Below, one piece after another: positions 9,193 through 19,225 of a DNA stretch of 64,000 nucleotides. The translations under genes and the position numbers were made by a program. The number at the start of each line of letters is the position of its first letter. Position 1 is the stretch's first letter. Under the pieces are notes generated by a model, which ran no database searches, was not told the DNA's origin, and saw only the letters and a program-made list of their open reading frames with translations. This DNA is from Bacteroidia bacterium (GTDB lineage Bacteria > Bacteroidota > Bacteroidia > Bacteroidales > VadinHA17): positions 6,697 through 70,696 of the forward strand of contig JAPLEB010000055.1 of assembly GCA_026391555.1 (NCBI GenBank). The letters run 5' to 3'.

Positions 9193-10647
9193 ATGCCACC
9201 ACTATTAATTCTTGGTATTTTCCTGATCTATACGGTCATACTCTTTGCTGTTACCTGGTTAACAGCACGAAAGGCCGACAGCCAGTCTTTTTTTATCGGA
9301 AATAAAGTTTCTCCATGGTTTGTTGTTGCATACGGAATGATCGGCGCTTCACTCTCAGGAGTAACCTTCATGTCTGTACCAGGCTGGGTAAAAGACACTC
9401 AGTTCAGTTATATGCTTGTAGTTTTTGGTTACCTGTTCGGCTATTTCGTAATTGCTCTTGTTTTGCTTCCATTATATTACAGACTGAAACTAACTTCCAT
9501 TTACTCTTATCTCGATCAACGGTTTGGTTTCTGGTCATATAAAACCGGTGCCGGATTTTTCATAATTTCCAGAACACTTGGTGCGTCATTGCGTATGTTT
9601 TTGGTTATTAATGTTTTGCAGATTTTTGTTTTTGATGCCTGGAATATTCCATTCTGGGTAAATGTTCTTGTATTCATCATTCTCATCATTCTTTATACCT
9701 TAAAAGGGGGAATAAGGACCATCATTTGGACTGATACTCTTCAGACAACCTTCATGTTATTAGCTGTTGTGCTCTCAGTAATTTTTATTAGTAAGGATTT
9801 GGATATTTCGCTTTTTAAACTGGTTTCCACAGTAAAAGAGAGCTCCGTTTCTAAAATGTTTATAATGGACTGGCATCACGAAAGATTTTTTCTTAAACAG
9901 TTCTTTAGTGGAATGTTTATCACAATAGTTATGACAGGACTCGACCAGGAGATGATGCAGAAAAACTTAAGTTGCCGTAACATAAAGGAAGCTCAGAAAA
10001 ATATGTTCACATTCAGCGGGATACTAGTCTTTGTCAATCTGTTATTCCTGTTTCTGGGAGCCCTTTTGTTTGTTTATGTTCAAAACAAGGGAGTGGTTGT
10101 TGCATCCAGTGATGACCTTTTTCCGACCATTGCACTCAGGTACCTTGGCCCAATGGCTGGATTGATATTTCTTATCGGTCTTATTTCGGCTGCATTCCCA
10201 AGTGCAGATGGTGCGTTAACCTCTCTTACAACATCTGTAAGTATCGATTTTCTGGGTCTTGACCGCCGTAAGGGTATTTCTGAGATGGCAAAGACCAGGA
10301 TCAGGTATGCTGTCCACATATCTATCGCCCTTGTATTTTTTATCAGTATATTGATATTCAGTACATTAAACAACAGAGCTGTAATAGACAAGCTTTTCAC
10401 AATAGCAGGCTATACCTATGGTCCTTTGTTAGGACTTTATTCTTTCGGACTATTCACGAAGAGAGAAGTGACCGACAGGTTAACCCCTTTTATTGCAATA
10501 ATTTCACCATTAGCTTGTTACTTTCTCAGCAAGTATTCCGAAGCATTATTTAACGGGTATAAATTTGGATTCGAGTTGCTTCTGCTCAATGGTTTCCTTA
10601 CGTTTATGGGGTTATATATATTCAGCAGAAAACCGGAGAAGACCTAA
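9193..10647 (+). CDS. Sodium:solute symporter (SSF) family transporter
   Basis: 484-aa polytopic membrane protein with an SSF-like pattern (GNKVSPWFVVAYGMIGASLSGVTFMSVPG..., GGIRTIIWTDTLQT). Substrate not inferable. Confidence 0.8.
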   Translation: MPPLLILGIFLIYTVILFAVTWLTARKADSQSFFIGNKVSPWFVVAYGMIGASLSGVTFMSVPGWVKDTQFSYMLVVFGYLFGYFVIALVLLPLYYRLKLTSIYSYLDQRFGFWSYKTGAGFFIISRTLGASLRMFLVINVLQIFVFDAWNIPFWVNVLVFIILIILYTLKGGIRTIIWTDTLQTTFMLLAVVLSVIFISKDLDISLFKLVSTVKESSVSKMFIMDWHHERFFLKQFFSGMFITIVMTGLDQEMMQKNLSCRNIKEAQKNMFTFSGILVFVNLLFLFLGALLFVYVQNKGVVVASSDDLFPTIALRYLGPMAGLIFLIGLISAAFPSADGALTSLTTSVSIDFLGLDRRKGISEMAKTRIRYAVHISIALVFFISILIFSTLNNRAVIDKLFTIAGYTYGPLLGLYSFGLFTKREVTDRLTPFIAIISPLACYFLSKYSEALFNGYKFGFELLLLNGFLTFMGLYIFSRKPEKT

Positions 10648-10695
10648 TGCCTGTTGCCTTATTTTAAACCCACCCCTGCAGTCTGGCTCCTCCCT

Positions 10696-10720
10696 AAAAT
10701 TGCCCACCGGGCAATTTTTT
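10696..10720. terminator. Bidirectional rho-independent terminator between convergent symporter and barrel-like genes
   Basis: AAAATTGCC-CACC-GGCAATTTT followed by TT. Perfect 9-bp stem with an A-tract on one side and a T-tract on the other. Confidence 0.6.
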
Positions 10721-10733
10721 AACGGTCGTTCCT

Positions 10734-11465
10734 CTATTGCCTGTTGCCTGTTGCCCCCGTATCTTCAGTCTCTTCCGGCACCTCTTTTTTAATTATTACA
10801 TTTATCTTTTTATAGGGAATGTTCCAGACAATGAAGTAGTTTAAACCTGTACTGAAATTTTTTCCTCCGTTGCCGAACCCGGGGAAATAAATTGGCCGGA
10901 GGTCTTTACCTGTGCCGGTATAGAGCAACCTTCTCAGACTGATTGTCCATCCAATACTGAAATTTTTTAACACTTCAACTCTCACACCCGGAGATACCTC
11001 AACGAAATGGCCCCAGTTTGTCTTTTGAGCAATTGAAGATGATGCTGTGCCCCAGTAATTTTCCTGTTGAAATGATGGAACCTCTGAATTGAAAATGCTT
11101 AAGCCGTATCGTAGTCCGACCCCTGCCCAATATTTACCCAGAGATTTTTCAGGTTTGAGAAGATTAAAATCAGCACCGGTACGTACAAACATGCCTTTAT
11201 TAAAATATTCATAATTGTATTGTGAATACTTGTAATTAAGGTAGCCCGCCGCCAAAACAGCAGAAACCTTTTCATTAATGTCAACAGAAATATATCCTTC
11301 GGCGTTTAAAATATTCTTTTCTGAAAAATAAATGGCAGGACCGGAAACTTCCAATCCAAGCTTTATCTTAAGAGGTATAAGGATTGTGTCCTGTGCATGA
11401 ACTTGTTCCAAATTGCTGATCAGGATAAACAGGAGACTAATAAAATATGCGGATGTTCTCCTCAT
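10734..11465 (-). CDS. Hypothetical outer-membrane beta-barrel-like protein (possibly DUF6048-type)
   Basis: 243 aa. Signal peptide ending VHAQD, alternating hydrophobic beta-strand pattern, aromatic-rich. Overlaps the upstream gene by 29 nt. The family name is a recollection, not verified. Confidence 0.5.
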   Translation of the reverse strand: MRRTSAYFISLLFILISNLEQVHAQDTILIPLKIKLGLEVSGPAIYFSEKNILNAEGYISVDINEKVSAVLAAGYLNYKYSQYNYEYFNKGMFVRTGADFNLLKPEKSLGKYWAGVGLRYGLSIFNSEVPSFQQENYWGTASSSIAQKTNWGHFVEVSPGVRVEVLKNFSIGWTISLRRLLYTGTGKDLRPIYFPGFGNGGKNFSTGLNYFIVWNIPYKKINVIIKKEVPEETEDTGATGNRQ

Positions 11466-11901
11466 TGATAGTTGTAATAGTGTTTTTTCTTATATCTATG
11501 GAATCGATGGCATTAGTTGTATAAGTAAGTGAATCAAGGTTATGATAAAAAGTATAACCACATTCCTTAGAGATAAGGTGAGGATAGCTGCTGTAACTGA
11601 GCTTCAACGTATCGGTTATACCGTTTATTCTGATGATATATATGCAACTATCTGTTGAAGCATTCAATGGAAGGAGAGCAATTTGTACATTTTTGGCCTT
11701 GTTATAAATAATTGAATCCATACTTATCCCGTAAACAGTCAGACTATCGGGAGAAAGGAGTCTGCCTGTTCCATTCTTATAAAGGGTTGCTTTCAAATAC
11801 GATTCCGTTTCCTCAAAACATGATTCCGGAGTACAGGAAAACAAAAACAGGATTAGTCCTGATGAGATGATAAGAAGGTTTGCCGGAATAAGTTTTCTCA
11901 T
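11437..11901 (-). CDS. Hypothetical lipoprotein
   Basis: 154 aa. Lipobox-like LILFLFSC near the N-terminus. Co-transcribed with and overlapping the downstream barrel-like gene. Confidence 0.5.
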   Translation of the reverse strand: MRKLIPANLLIISSGLILFLFSCTPESCFEETESYLKATLYKNGTGRLLSPDSLTVYGISMDSIIYNKAKNVQIALLPLNASTDSCIYIIRINGITDTLKLSYSSYPHLISKECGYTFYHNLDSLTYTTNAIDSIDIRKNTITTINEENIRIFY

Positions 11902-11937
11902 TACTCTTTTGAAAGCCTCAAAATTACAAAAATATTC

Positions 11938-13788
11938 CTAGAATTTTGGCAGGTTCTTCAATACTCCGCTAATACCGTTTTTTATTTTTGACAGGACATT
12001 AATTTCTTTTTCTCCCGCAAAATATATTTCAGCAAGTATCTCTTTGTATTTTTGAAATACATAATTTCTTTTCAGTTTAAGGGTTGGCGACAACTCTCCG
12101 GTCAACGGAGTCCATTCCTCTGTTACCAGGCGGAATCTTTTGATCTGTTCATGCTCCCCGAGAGATTTATTAACCTCTTTAACTTCCCTGGTGAATCTAT
12201 CAATTACTTCAGGCAGTTCTATAAGATCACTATTATCGCGGAACTGGATATTATGTATTGAGCACCAGTCGTGCAGAAAAGTGAAATTAGGTGATAGGAG
12301 AGCACTTGCGAATTTCTCATTTTCACCAATTACCATTGCCTGTTCTATAAAGAATGATTCTTTAAGTTTATTCTCAAGTACCTGGGGTGCAATATATTTT
12401 CCGGCAGACAGTTTAAACATTTCTTTCTTTCTATCGGTGATTCTCAGGAATTTACCCTCCTCAAATACACCAATATCACCGGTGTGCAGCCAGCCATCCT
12501 TGTCGATCATCTCTGCAGTCATCTCTGGCGCTTTATAATAACCCATCATGACATTCACTCCTTTGCATAAAATCTCGCCATCTTCTGCTATCATAACCTC
12601 ACATCCTTCGATAACAGGTCCGCATGTTCCAAATCCGATTTCGTCTACTCTGAAAGGATTAACAGCTATAACCGGAGAAGTTTCTGTGAGTCCGTAGCCC
12701 TGAATGACAGGTAACCCGGCAGCCCAGAAGATTTTTTCGAGTCTCGACTGAAGGGCAGCGCCTCCGGAGACCAGAACCTGCAACTCTCCACCCAGAGCTT
12801 CCTGCCACTTGCTGAATATCAGTTTCCTGGCTATCTTAAGACGGAATTTATAAAATGATGAATTCCCCTTAAGTTTGAATTTAAGTCCGAGATTTACAGC
12901 CCAGAAAAATATTTTTTTCTTTATCCATGGGAGGTTTCGTCCCTTTCCAATAATATTATCATAAATTTTCTCAAGAAGGCGCGGAACAGTATTGAAAATA
13001 TGTGGTTTAATTTCTTTAACTGTCTCAGATACAGTACCCATATTTTCGACATAATAGATACTTATCCCTTTATATTGAAAGTGGTAATTAACCATTCGTT
13101 CATAAACATGGCAGAGCGGAAGAAAACTAATTGCCCTGTGCCCGTAACCCAGATGATGGGCTTTTGAAGTTGTAATTGCGTTCTTTACAAGGTTATTGTG
13201 CGAAAGCATTACCCCTTTTGAATTCCCTGTGGTACCTGAGGTATATATAATTGTAACAAGATCCTCAGGTTTAATACTATCTTTTATTTTCTCAAGTTCC
13301 CCATGAAATTTGTCTGCATTTTTTTTACCGGTTTCAATTATTTCATCGAAGGATCTTACCCCTTCAACCGGGTCAAATGAAAAAATATCTTTTAGTCCAT
13401 GAATTTTATTTGCAATAGGACTAACCTTATTATATATAGTTTTATTGCCTAATATAATAACTTTAACATCGGAGTGTTTAAGGATGTATTCATACTCATC
13501 AGTGCCGATTGTCGGATAGATAGGTACGTGAATCAGGCCCGCCTGTGCAAGTCCCATGTCGACAAAGTTCCACTCGGGCTTATTTCCGCTTATTGTTGCA
13601 ACTTTGTCACCTTTCTTATATCCCATTGCAAGGAGTCCATAACTCACCCAGTTCACATAATTACATACATCTTCAGTGGAATAGGTTATCCATTCATTAT
13701 CTATCTTTCCACCGTACATGTCTTTACGGGGATATTTCTCCAGATTCCACTGAATTATGTCAAAAGTCCTTTTTACTTCCATAATCAT
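11938..13788 (-). CDS. Long-chain fatty acid--CoA ligase (AMP-forming acyl-CoA synthetase)
   Basis: 616 aa. AMP-binding signature IIYTSGTTGNSKGVMLSH, plus GYGLTET and TGDIG...ITDRKKEMFK motifs. Confidence 0.9.
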   Translation of the reverse strand: MIMEVKRTFDIIQWNLEKYPRKDMYGGKIDNEWITYSTEDVCNYVNWVSYGLLAMGYKKGDKVATISGNKPEWNFVDMGLAQAGLIHVPIYPTIGTDEYEYILKHSDVKVIILGNKTIYNKVSPIANKIHGLKDIFSFDPVEGVRSFDEIIETGKKNADKFHGELEKIKDSIKPEDLVTIIYTSGTTGNSKGVMLSHNNLVKNAITTSKAHHLGYGHRAISFLPLCHVYERMVNYHFQYKGISIYYVENMGTVSETVKEIKPHIFNTVPRLLEKIYDNIIGKGRNLPWIKKKIFFWAVNLGLKFKLKGNSSFYKFRLKIARKLIFSKWQEALGGELQVLVSGGAALQSRLEKIFWAAGLPVIQGYGLTETSPVIAVNPFRVDEIGFGTCGPVIEGCEVMIAEDGEILCKGVNVMMGYYKAPEMTAEMIDKDGWLHTGDIGVFEEGKFLRITDRKKEMFKLSAGKYIAPQVLENKLKESFFIEQAMVIGENEKFASALLSPNFTFLHDWCSIHNIQFRDNSDLIELPEVIDRFTREVKEVNKSLGEHEQIKRFRLVTEEWTPLTGELSPTLKLKRNYVFQKYKEILAEIYFAGEKEINVLSKIKNGISGVLKNLPKF

Positions 13789-13960
13789 TATGAATTAATT
13801 AAGCAGCAATTCTAATAAATATTTTCGAACAAATTATGATGCGATTGCAAACTAAATATAATTAAAAGCATAAGCATCAAATAGACAGAGCATTGCAAGA
13901 AATATGCTTTATAATATATTTCGAATGGAGGGAAAAAATTCAGAATCTGATATTTACTGG

Positions 13961-16591
13961 TCAGGATTTTTGAAGGAAATCGGCTGCTTTTGCAAGAGCA
14001 CGTGGGATTCCTGCAGGATTTTTTCCGCCGGCAGTAGCGAGAAAAGGTTGTCCTCCTCCACTTCCGTTTATTTCGCCGGCAATCTCCTTAATAATGGTTG
14101 TAGCGTTAATATTCCTTTCTCTCACTAGATTTTCGCTGACCATAACCAGGATATTGGCTTTTCCCCGGGTTTCCGACCCGATAACAAGAACCGTGTTGTC
14201 TGAAGAATTCCGGATATGGTTTGCAATGTTTTTCAGTAAATCAGATGAATCAGTTTCAAGCTGACCAGAAACAAATCTAATGTTGTTTATTATGACAGCC
14301 TTTTCTACAAGATCTTTTAGCATTATAGTTGCTGATTGTGCCTGAAATTTCTCAATAGTCTTTTTCATTGACGAGTTTTCAGCAATAAGTTTCTCAACAC
14401 TTTCTTTAATACTGCCGGTGCTCTTAAGCAGGGAAGCTGTCTCGTCAACCGTATTTAATTTCTCATTAATATATTCCTCAGCTTTTGAAGCTGTTACAGC
14501 TTCGATTCTTCTTATGCCGGCTGCTATGGCTCCTTCTGAAACAATTTTCACTATACCAATACTGCCGGTGGCATCGACATGTGTTCCACCACACAGCTCC
14601 ACCGATTTTCCAAATTCAACAACTCTTACCATGTCACCGTATTTTTCTCCAAACAGTGCCATGGCTCCCATCGATAGCGCCTTTTCCATAGATACCCCAA
14701 TAGTTACTTTGGCGCTGTGATTTTCCCTGACCATTCGGTTTACAAGTGCTTCCACCTTCGATAATTCCTCTTTGCTCAACTTGCTAAAATGGCTGAAGTC
14801 AAAACGGAGACGATCCGGAGTTACAAGGGAGCCTTTCTGTTCCACATGTTTGCCGAGAATTGAACGTAACGCAAAATGGATCAGGTGAGTAGCAGAATGG
14901 TTATTTGCTGTCATAATACGCTTTTCAAGATCAACTTTGGCGCTGAAAACTACAGATAGATCAGAAGGAAATTTCTTTGCAATATGAATTATAAGATTGT
15001 TTTCTTTAATAGTATCAGTGATCGCAATTTTTTCGTTTTCTGAAGTAATCTGCCCGGTATCACCTGTCTGACCGCCCGACTCAGCATAAAAGGGAGTTTT
15101 ATTAAAGACCAGCTGGCAACTCATTTTCCCTTTGACCTTCACATTACGGTATTTTGTTATCAGCACTTCATCTTCAGTCTTTTCGTAACCTGTGAATTCA
15201 GTCCCTTCAATATCCTTAATTACCGACCAGTCGCCTGTTTCCACTGTAGCATCGTCACGTGACCGATCTTTCTGATTTTTCATCTCATCTTCAAATCCAT
15301 TAAAATCGAGATGCATATCATTCTCCTTAAGAATAAGTTGCGTAAGATCAACAGGAAAACCAAAAGTGTCGTACATCTCAAAGGCTACTTTACCGGCCAG
15401 TACATTCTTATGTTCTTTTCTAAGATCAGTGATCATTCTTTCTATCATTTTCAACCCTTTTCCAAGAGTTTTAAGGAAGGCAGTCTCTTCCGCAAAAACA
15501 ATTTTCGCAATCTGTTCTTTACCAGTCTGAAGTTCAGGGTATTGGTTGCCCATAGTCCGGGCAAGAACAGGAACAAGCTTATAAATAAACGGTTCCTCTA
15601 TGCCCAGGCAATTATACCCATATCTTACTGCGCGACGGAGAATTCTTCTTATGACATACCCTGCCTTGTTATTTGATGGAAGCTGGCCATCGGCAATCGA
15701 GAATGAAACAGCTCTCAGGTGATCAGCTATGACCCGCAGTGCAATATCCCATTTTTCGTTTACTCCGTATGCTTTACCGGTAATTGCAGAAATTTCCTTT
15801 ATTACTGATTGGAAAATATCAGTATCGTAATTCGATTTTTTACCCTGTACAACCATACATAGTCTCTCAAATCCCATTCCCGTATCGACATGTTTTAAAG
15901 GGAGTTGTTCAAGCACTCCGTCGGAACGGCGATTATATTGAATAAATACAAGATTCCATATTTCTATTACATGTGGATGACCTTTATTCACAAGTTCTTT
16001 TCCCGATATTTTTTTTCTCTCTTTGTCATCCCTCATATCTACATGTATCTCCGAGCAAGGACCGCACGGGCCTGTTTCTCCCATCTCCCAGAAGTTATCC
16101 TTTTTTGACCCTTCGAGTATCCTTTCTTCCGGATTTGAAAAGCATTTTCCCCAATAACTATATGCTTCGTTATCGCGCGGAACATTATCTTCTTTGTTTC
16201 CTTCAAAAATAGTTGCATATAACCTGTCTTCAGGTATTCCAAGCCTTTTCACAAGAAACTCCCATCCCCATTCAATAGCCTCTTTTTTAAAGTAGTCACC
16301 GAACGACCAGTTACCAAGCATTTCAAACATGGTATGATGGTATGTATCATGTCCAACCTCCTCAAGATCATTGTGTTTGCCGGATACCCTGAGACATTTC
16401 TGAGAGTTGGCAACCCTTTTATTTAATGGCTGCCGGTTCCCAAGGAATATATCTTTGAACTGGTTCATCCCTGCATTGGTAAACATAAGTGTAGGGTCAT
16501 TTTTAACTACCATTGGTGCGGAGGACACGATATTGTGGCCTTTTGACCGGAAAAATTCAAAAAACAATTGCCTCAGTTCCTGTGCCTTCAT
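13961..16591 (-). CDS. alaS: Alanine--tRNA ligase
   Basis: Class II AlaRS motifs: FFRSKGHNIVSSAPMV, HHTMFEMLGNWSFGDYFK, the editing-domain HSATHL...CGGTHV, and C-terminal DHHA1-like GGGGQPFLATAGG. The ORF track starts at 16675. The start at MKAQELRQLF (16591) fits orthologue N-termini better; ATG 16603 is an alternative. Confidence 0.97.
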   Translation of the reverse strand: MKAQELRQLFFEFFRSKGHNIVSSAPMVVKNDPTLMFTNAGMNQFKDIFLGNRQPLNKRVANSQKCLRVSGKHNDLEEVGHDTYHHTMFEMLGNWSFGDYFKKEAIEWGWEFLVKRLGIPEDRLYATIFEGNKEDNVPRDNEAYSYWGKCFSNPEERILEGSKKDNFWEMGETGPCGPCSEIHVDMRDDKERKKISGKELVNKGHPHVIEIWNLVFIQYNRRSDGVLEQLPLKHVDTGMGFERLCMVVQGKKSNYDTDIFQSVIKEISAITGKAYGVNEKWDIALRVIADHLRAVSFSIADGQLPSNNKAGYVIRRILRRAVRYGYNCLGIEEPFIYKLVPVLARTMGNQYPELQTGKEQIAKIVFAEETAFLKTLGKGLKMIERMITDLRKEHKNVLAGKVAFEMYDTFGFPVDLTQLILKENDMHLDFNGFEDEMKNQKDRSRDDATVETGDWSVIKDIEGTEFTGYEKTEDEVLITKYRNVKVKGKMSCQLVFNKTPFYAESGGQTGDTGQITSENEKIAITDTIKENNLIIHIAKKFPSDLSVVFSAKVDLEKRIMTANNHSATHLIHFALRSILGKHVEQKGSLVTPDRLRFDFSHFSKLSKEELSKVEALVNRMVRENHSAKVTIGVSMEKALSMGAMALFGEKYGDMVRVVEFGKSVELCGGTHVDATGSIGIVKIVSEGAIAAGIRRIEAVTASKAEEYINEKLNTVDETASLLKSTGSIKESVEKLIAENSSMKKTIEKFQAQSATIMLKDLVEKAVIINNIRFVSGQLETDSSDLLKNIANHIRNSSDNTVLVIGSETRGKANILVMVSENLVRERNINATTIIKEIAGEINGSGGGQPFLATAGGKNPAGIPRALAKAADFLQKS

Positions 16592-16632
16592 TTTAATAAC
16601 CATTGTGTTATGTAAATATACCTGAATTTTGG

Positions 16633-16664
16633 TTTGTAAAATTAATTTATTTGGTTTAGATTTG
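16633..16664 (+). promoter_or_regulatory. Bacteroidota-type promoter candidate for the first M23 peptidase gene
   Basis: TTTG (16633-16636), 20-nt spacer, TAGATTTG (16657-16664). Matches the published -33 TTTG / -7 TAnnTTTG consensus of Bacteroides and Flavobacterium. Confidence 0.4.
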
Positions 16665-16702
16665 TCAATTACCAAAATAAAAATTCAAAAATCGGCAACC
16701 CA

Positions 16703-17671
16703 TTGTTTCGAAACCGGAAATATGTGCTTGATTCGTCTGACCTGCAATACAAGCTGGTAAAACTTCACTGGAAAGTAAGATTCTTACATTTCTTTTTGTG
16801 GTTTGCCGTTTCTGTCATAGTTGCAGTATTTTATGGAACTGTTTTTGAAAATATTTTTGGTTCCCCTAAAGAGAAGATGCTGAGTCAGCAGGTTGAAAAT
16901 CTGAAACTTCAGTATTCACTCATCGGCAGAGAGCTGGATAATTCAATGACTTCCCTGAACAGTTTCAGGCTTTCTGATGACAGGCGTTACCGTCCGATAT
17001 TGGGCATGGATAGTATTCCTGAATCGTATAGAAAGGCTGGCTATGGAGGTGTTGACAGATATCGCGATCTGACCGGGTATGTTAATTCAAATCTTCTTAT
17101 TTCGTTCAGGTCAAAAATAGACGAGTTAAAAAATCGGGCAAATATCCAGAATGAATCCTTTAAATCAATAGCAGAAAGATCTGCTGAGTGGAAAAGAGAG
17201 ATGGACCACCAACCAATGATAAGCCCTGTAGATGTAAAATACCATCTTGGTGATGGATTCAAGTTCCGGGCAATTCACCCTGTACTTGGATCAGCCCGAT
17301 GGCATTATGGGCAGGATTTTGAGGTTCCTTATGGTACGGAGGTATATGCAACAGGTGACGGTAAAATTATTGAATCAGGATGGAACTCAGGCGGATTCGG
17401 GAATTATACTGTAATAGATCATGGTTATGGACTACAGTCCACTTATGGTCATCTTAGTGATATTAAGGTTGTTAAGAACATGAATGTAAAAAGAGGTGAT
17501 CTCATTGGGCTTAGTGGAAGCACGGGGACATCCTCCGGACCTCATCTCCATTACCAGATTGAGCAATTTGGGGAACATAAGAACCCTGTTAATTTCTTTA
17601 ATAACGATATTTCTGCAGATGAATACAATGAAATGATCCAGGCGTTCGGATCAAAATCAAAATTCAGATAA
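16703..17671 (+). CDS. M23 family metallopeptidase, membrane-anchored (paralog 1)
   Basis: 322 aa. N-terminal TM helix and coiled-coil-like middle region. LytM/M23 catalytic motifs HYGQD and GPHLHYQI. The start is a TTG in the ORF track; GTG at 16724 is an alternative. Confidence 0.85.
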   Translation: MFRNRKYVLDSSDLQYKLVKLHWKVRFLHFFLWFAVSVIVAVFYGTVFENIFGSPKEKMLSQQVENLKLQYSLIGRELDNSMTSLNSFRLSDDRRYRPILGMDSIPESYRKAGYGGVDRYRDLTGYVNSNLLISFRSKIDELKNRANIQNESFKSIAERSAEWKREMDHQPMISPVDVKYHLGDGFKFRAIHPVLGSARWHYGQDFEVPYGTEVYATGDGKIIESGWNSGGFGNYTVIDHGYGLQSTYGHLSDIKVVKNMNVKRGDLIGLSGSTGTSSGPHLHYQIEQFGEHKNPVNFFNNDISADEYNEMIQAFGSKSKFR

Positions 17672-17747
17672 TCTCTTTCTTTATTCAGTCCCATTCTTCT
17701 CAGGAGTCATATAAGAATGCCGGGTTTCATTTTTTTTCAGAATTGAT

Positions 17748-17755
17748 TATATTTG
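17748..17755 (+). promoter_or_regulatory. -7 box candidate upstream of the second M23 peptidase gene
   Basis: TATATTTG lies 8 nt upstream of ATG 17763, implying a very short leader. Confidence 0.3.
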
Positions 17756-17762
17756 CCATGTT

Positions 17763-18734
17763 ATGCCACGCACAAAATATAAATTTAATCCCGATTCACT
17801 TAGTTTTGACAAAATAAGACTTGGTGTAAAGGCATTGTTACTCAGGTTTTTGGCTTACTTTACCGGGTCAGTCATTATTGCTTTAATTTACTGGGTCATT
17901 TTTGCTGCCTTTTTCGATTCTCCAAAGGAAAAAGCATTGGAACGTGAGGTAGCTCAGATGACTATTCAGTACGACCTGATTCACAGGGAGATGATAAATG
18001 TTGAAAATGTACTTGAAGGTCTTCAGAAAACTGATGATAATCTTTACAGAACCATTTTTGAAGCTGAACCTATACCGGCTACACTGAGAGAGGGAGGTGT
18101 CGGGGGCGTAAACAGATACGAAGCGCTTGAGGGTTATAACAACTCTAATCTTGTTATTGAAACAACCAACAGACTCGACAAGATCAGGAAAAAGGTTTAT
18201 GTCCAGTCAAAATCGTTCGATGACCTGATCAAATTGGCTAAGAAAAAAGAAGATATGCTCAGATCAGTTCCGGCGATACTTCCGATTTCAAATAAGGATC
18301 TTACAAGAACAGCATCTGGATTTGGATTGAGGATACATCCAATTTATAAAATCATCAAGTTCCATTATGGTATGGATTTCACAGCTCCGGCGGGAACTGA
18401 TGTCTATGCAACAGGTGATGGTGTTATTGTTGCCAGGTTATCTTCAAAAAGAGGACTTGGAAATCATATTATTGTGAACCATAGTTTCGGATATACCAGC
18501 ATTTATGCACATCTCAGCAATTTCAATGTAAGGGTTGGTCAGAAAGTTCAGCGAGGTGATGTTATCGGATTTGTAGGTAATACAGGGACATCAGTTGCAA
18601 ACCATCTTCATTATGAGATCAAGTTAAATGGTACAAATATTGATCCGGTCAACTATTATTTCGAAGACCTTACAGCTGCGGAATATGAAAGAATGATTGA
18701 GATTGCTTCTAAAAACGGTCAGTCATTCGATTAG
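17763..18734 (+). CDS. M23 family metallopeptidase, membrane-anchored (paralog 2)
   Basis: 323 aa with the same architecture as the upstream gene. Motifs HYGMD and NHLHYEI. Shared blocks SPKEK...QY.LI.RE and GGV.RY..L.GY.NSNL. Confidence 0.85.
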   Translation: MPRTKYKFNPDSLSFDKIRLGVKALLLRFLAYFTGSVIIALIYWVIFAAFFDSPKEKALEREVAQMTIQYDLIHREMINVENVLEGLQKTDDNLYRTIFEAEPIPATLREGGVGGVNRYEALEGYNNSNLVIETTNRLDKIRKKVYVQSKSFDDLIKLAKKKEDMLRSVPAILPISNKDLTRTASGFGLRIHPIYKIIKFHYGMDFTAPAGTDVYATGDGVIVARLSSKRGLGNHIIVNHSFGYTSIYAHLSNFNVRVGQKVQRGDVIGFVGNTGTSVANHLHYEIKLNGTNIDPVNYYFEDLTAAEYERMIEIASKNGQSFD

Positions 18735-18792
18735 TCTCTTTTTAATTATTGTAAAGAGATCGGTTAATATGTTAATTTGAAAACTTGATTTT

Positions 18793-18810
18793 TGCACTTT
18801 GCACTTTGCA
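18793..18810 (+). repeat. Tandem heptamer TGCACTT-TGCACTT-TGCA upstream of the MerR-family gene
   Basis: Direct reading of TTTTTGCACTTTGCACTTTGCATTTTT. Three TGCA cores at 7-nt spacing, 24-41 nt upstream of ATG 18834. Confidence 0.5.
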
Positions 18811-18833
18811 TTTTTCATTTTTTACTTTTTATT

Positions 18834-19169
18834 ATGCCATACAAAGAAAAAAAAATCGAAAAGCTCTATTATTCTATAGGGGAAGTAGCTGAGATGCTCG
18901 ATGTACCAGTTTCTACAGTCCGTTTCTGGGAGAATGAGTTCGATATTCTGAAACCCATGAAGAACAAAAAGGGAAACAGACTGTTTACACCAACAGATAT
19001 TAAAAACCTGAGGATCATCCATCACCTGGTAAAAGAGGAGGGGATGACTCTTTCTGGTGCAAGGAAGAAACTATCTGAAAAGTGGGAAGAGACGGATTAT
19101 AAGTTTGAGATTAACGAATCGCTTCAAAAGATTAAAACAATACTACTCGATATAAGGGATAATATTTGA
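18834..19169 (+). CDS. MerR family transcriptional regulator
   Basis: YYSIGEVAEMLDVPVSTVRFWENEF...RLFTPTDIKNLRIIHHLVKEEGMTLSGA is a MerR-type HTH. I moved the start to ATG 18834 (MPYKEKK...). The upstream TTG start in the ORF track adds an implausible hydrophobic leader. Confidence 0.8.
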   Translation: MPYKEKKIEKLYYSIGEVAEMLDVPVSTVRFWENEFDILKPMKNKKGNRLFTPTDIKNLRIIHHLVKEEGMTLSGARKKLSEKWEETDYKFEINESLQKIKTILLDIRDNI

Positions 19170-19225
19170 AATAAGGCTTAAGCCATTAAAAATATTTCAA
19201 TAATTCACAAAGGAATACGCTCAAA

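Noticed and set aside
10648-10755. The 11-mer TGCCTGTTGCC occurs three times (10648, 10738, 10745) flanking the 10696-10720 terminator. This suggested target-site duplications of a miniature inserted element.
   Set aside because: No terminal inverted repeats bound the intervening ~80 nt. Two of the copies are an in-frame tandem inside the 3' end of the barrel-like CDS (encoding ..GATGNRQ). Chance or local slippage is the more likely explanation.
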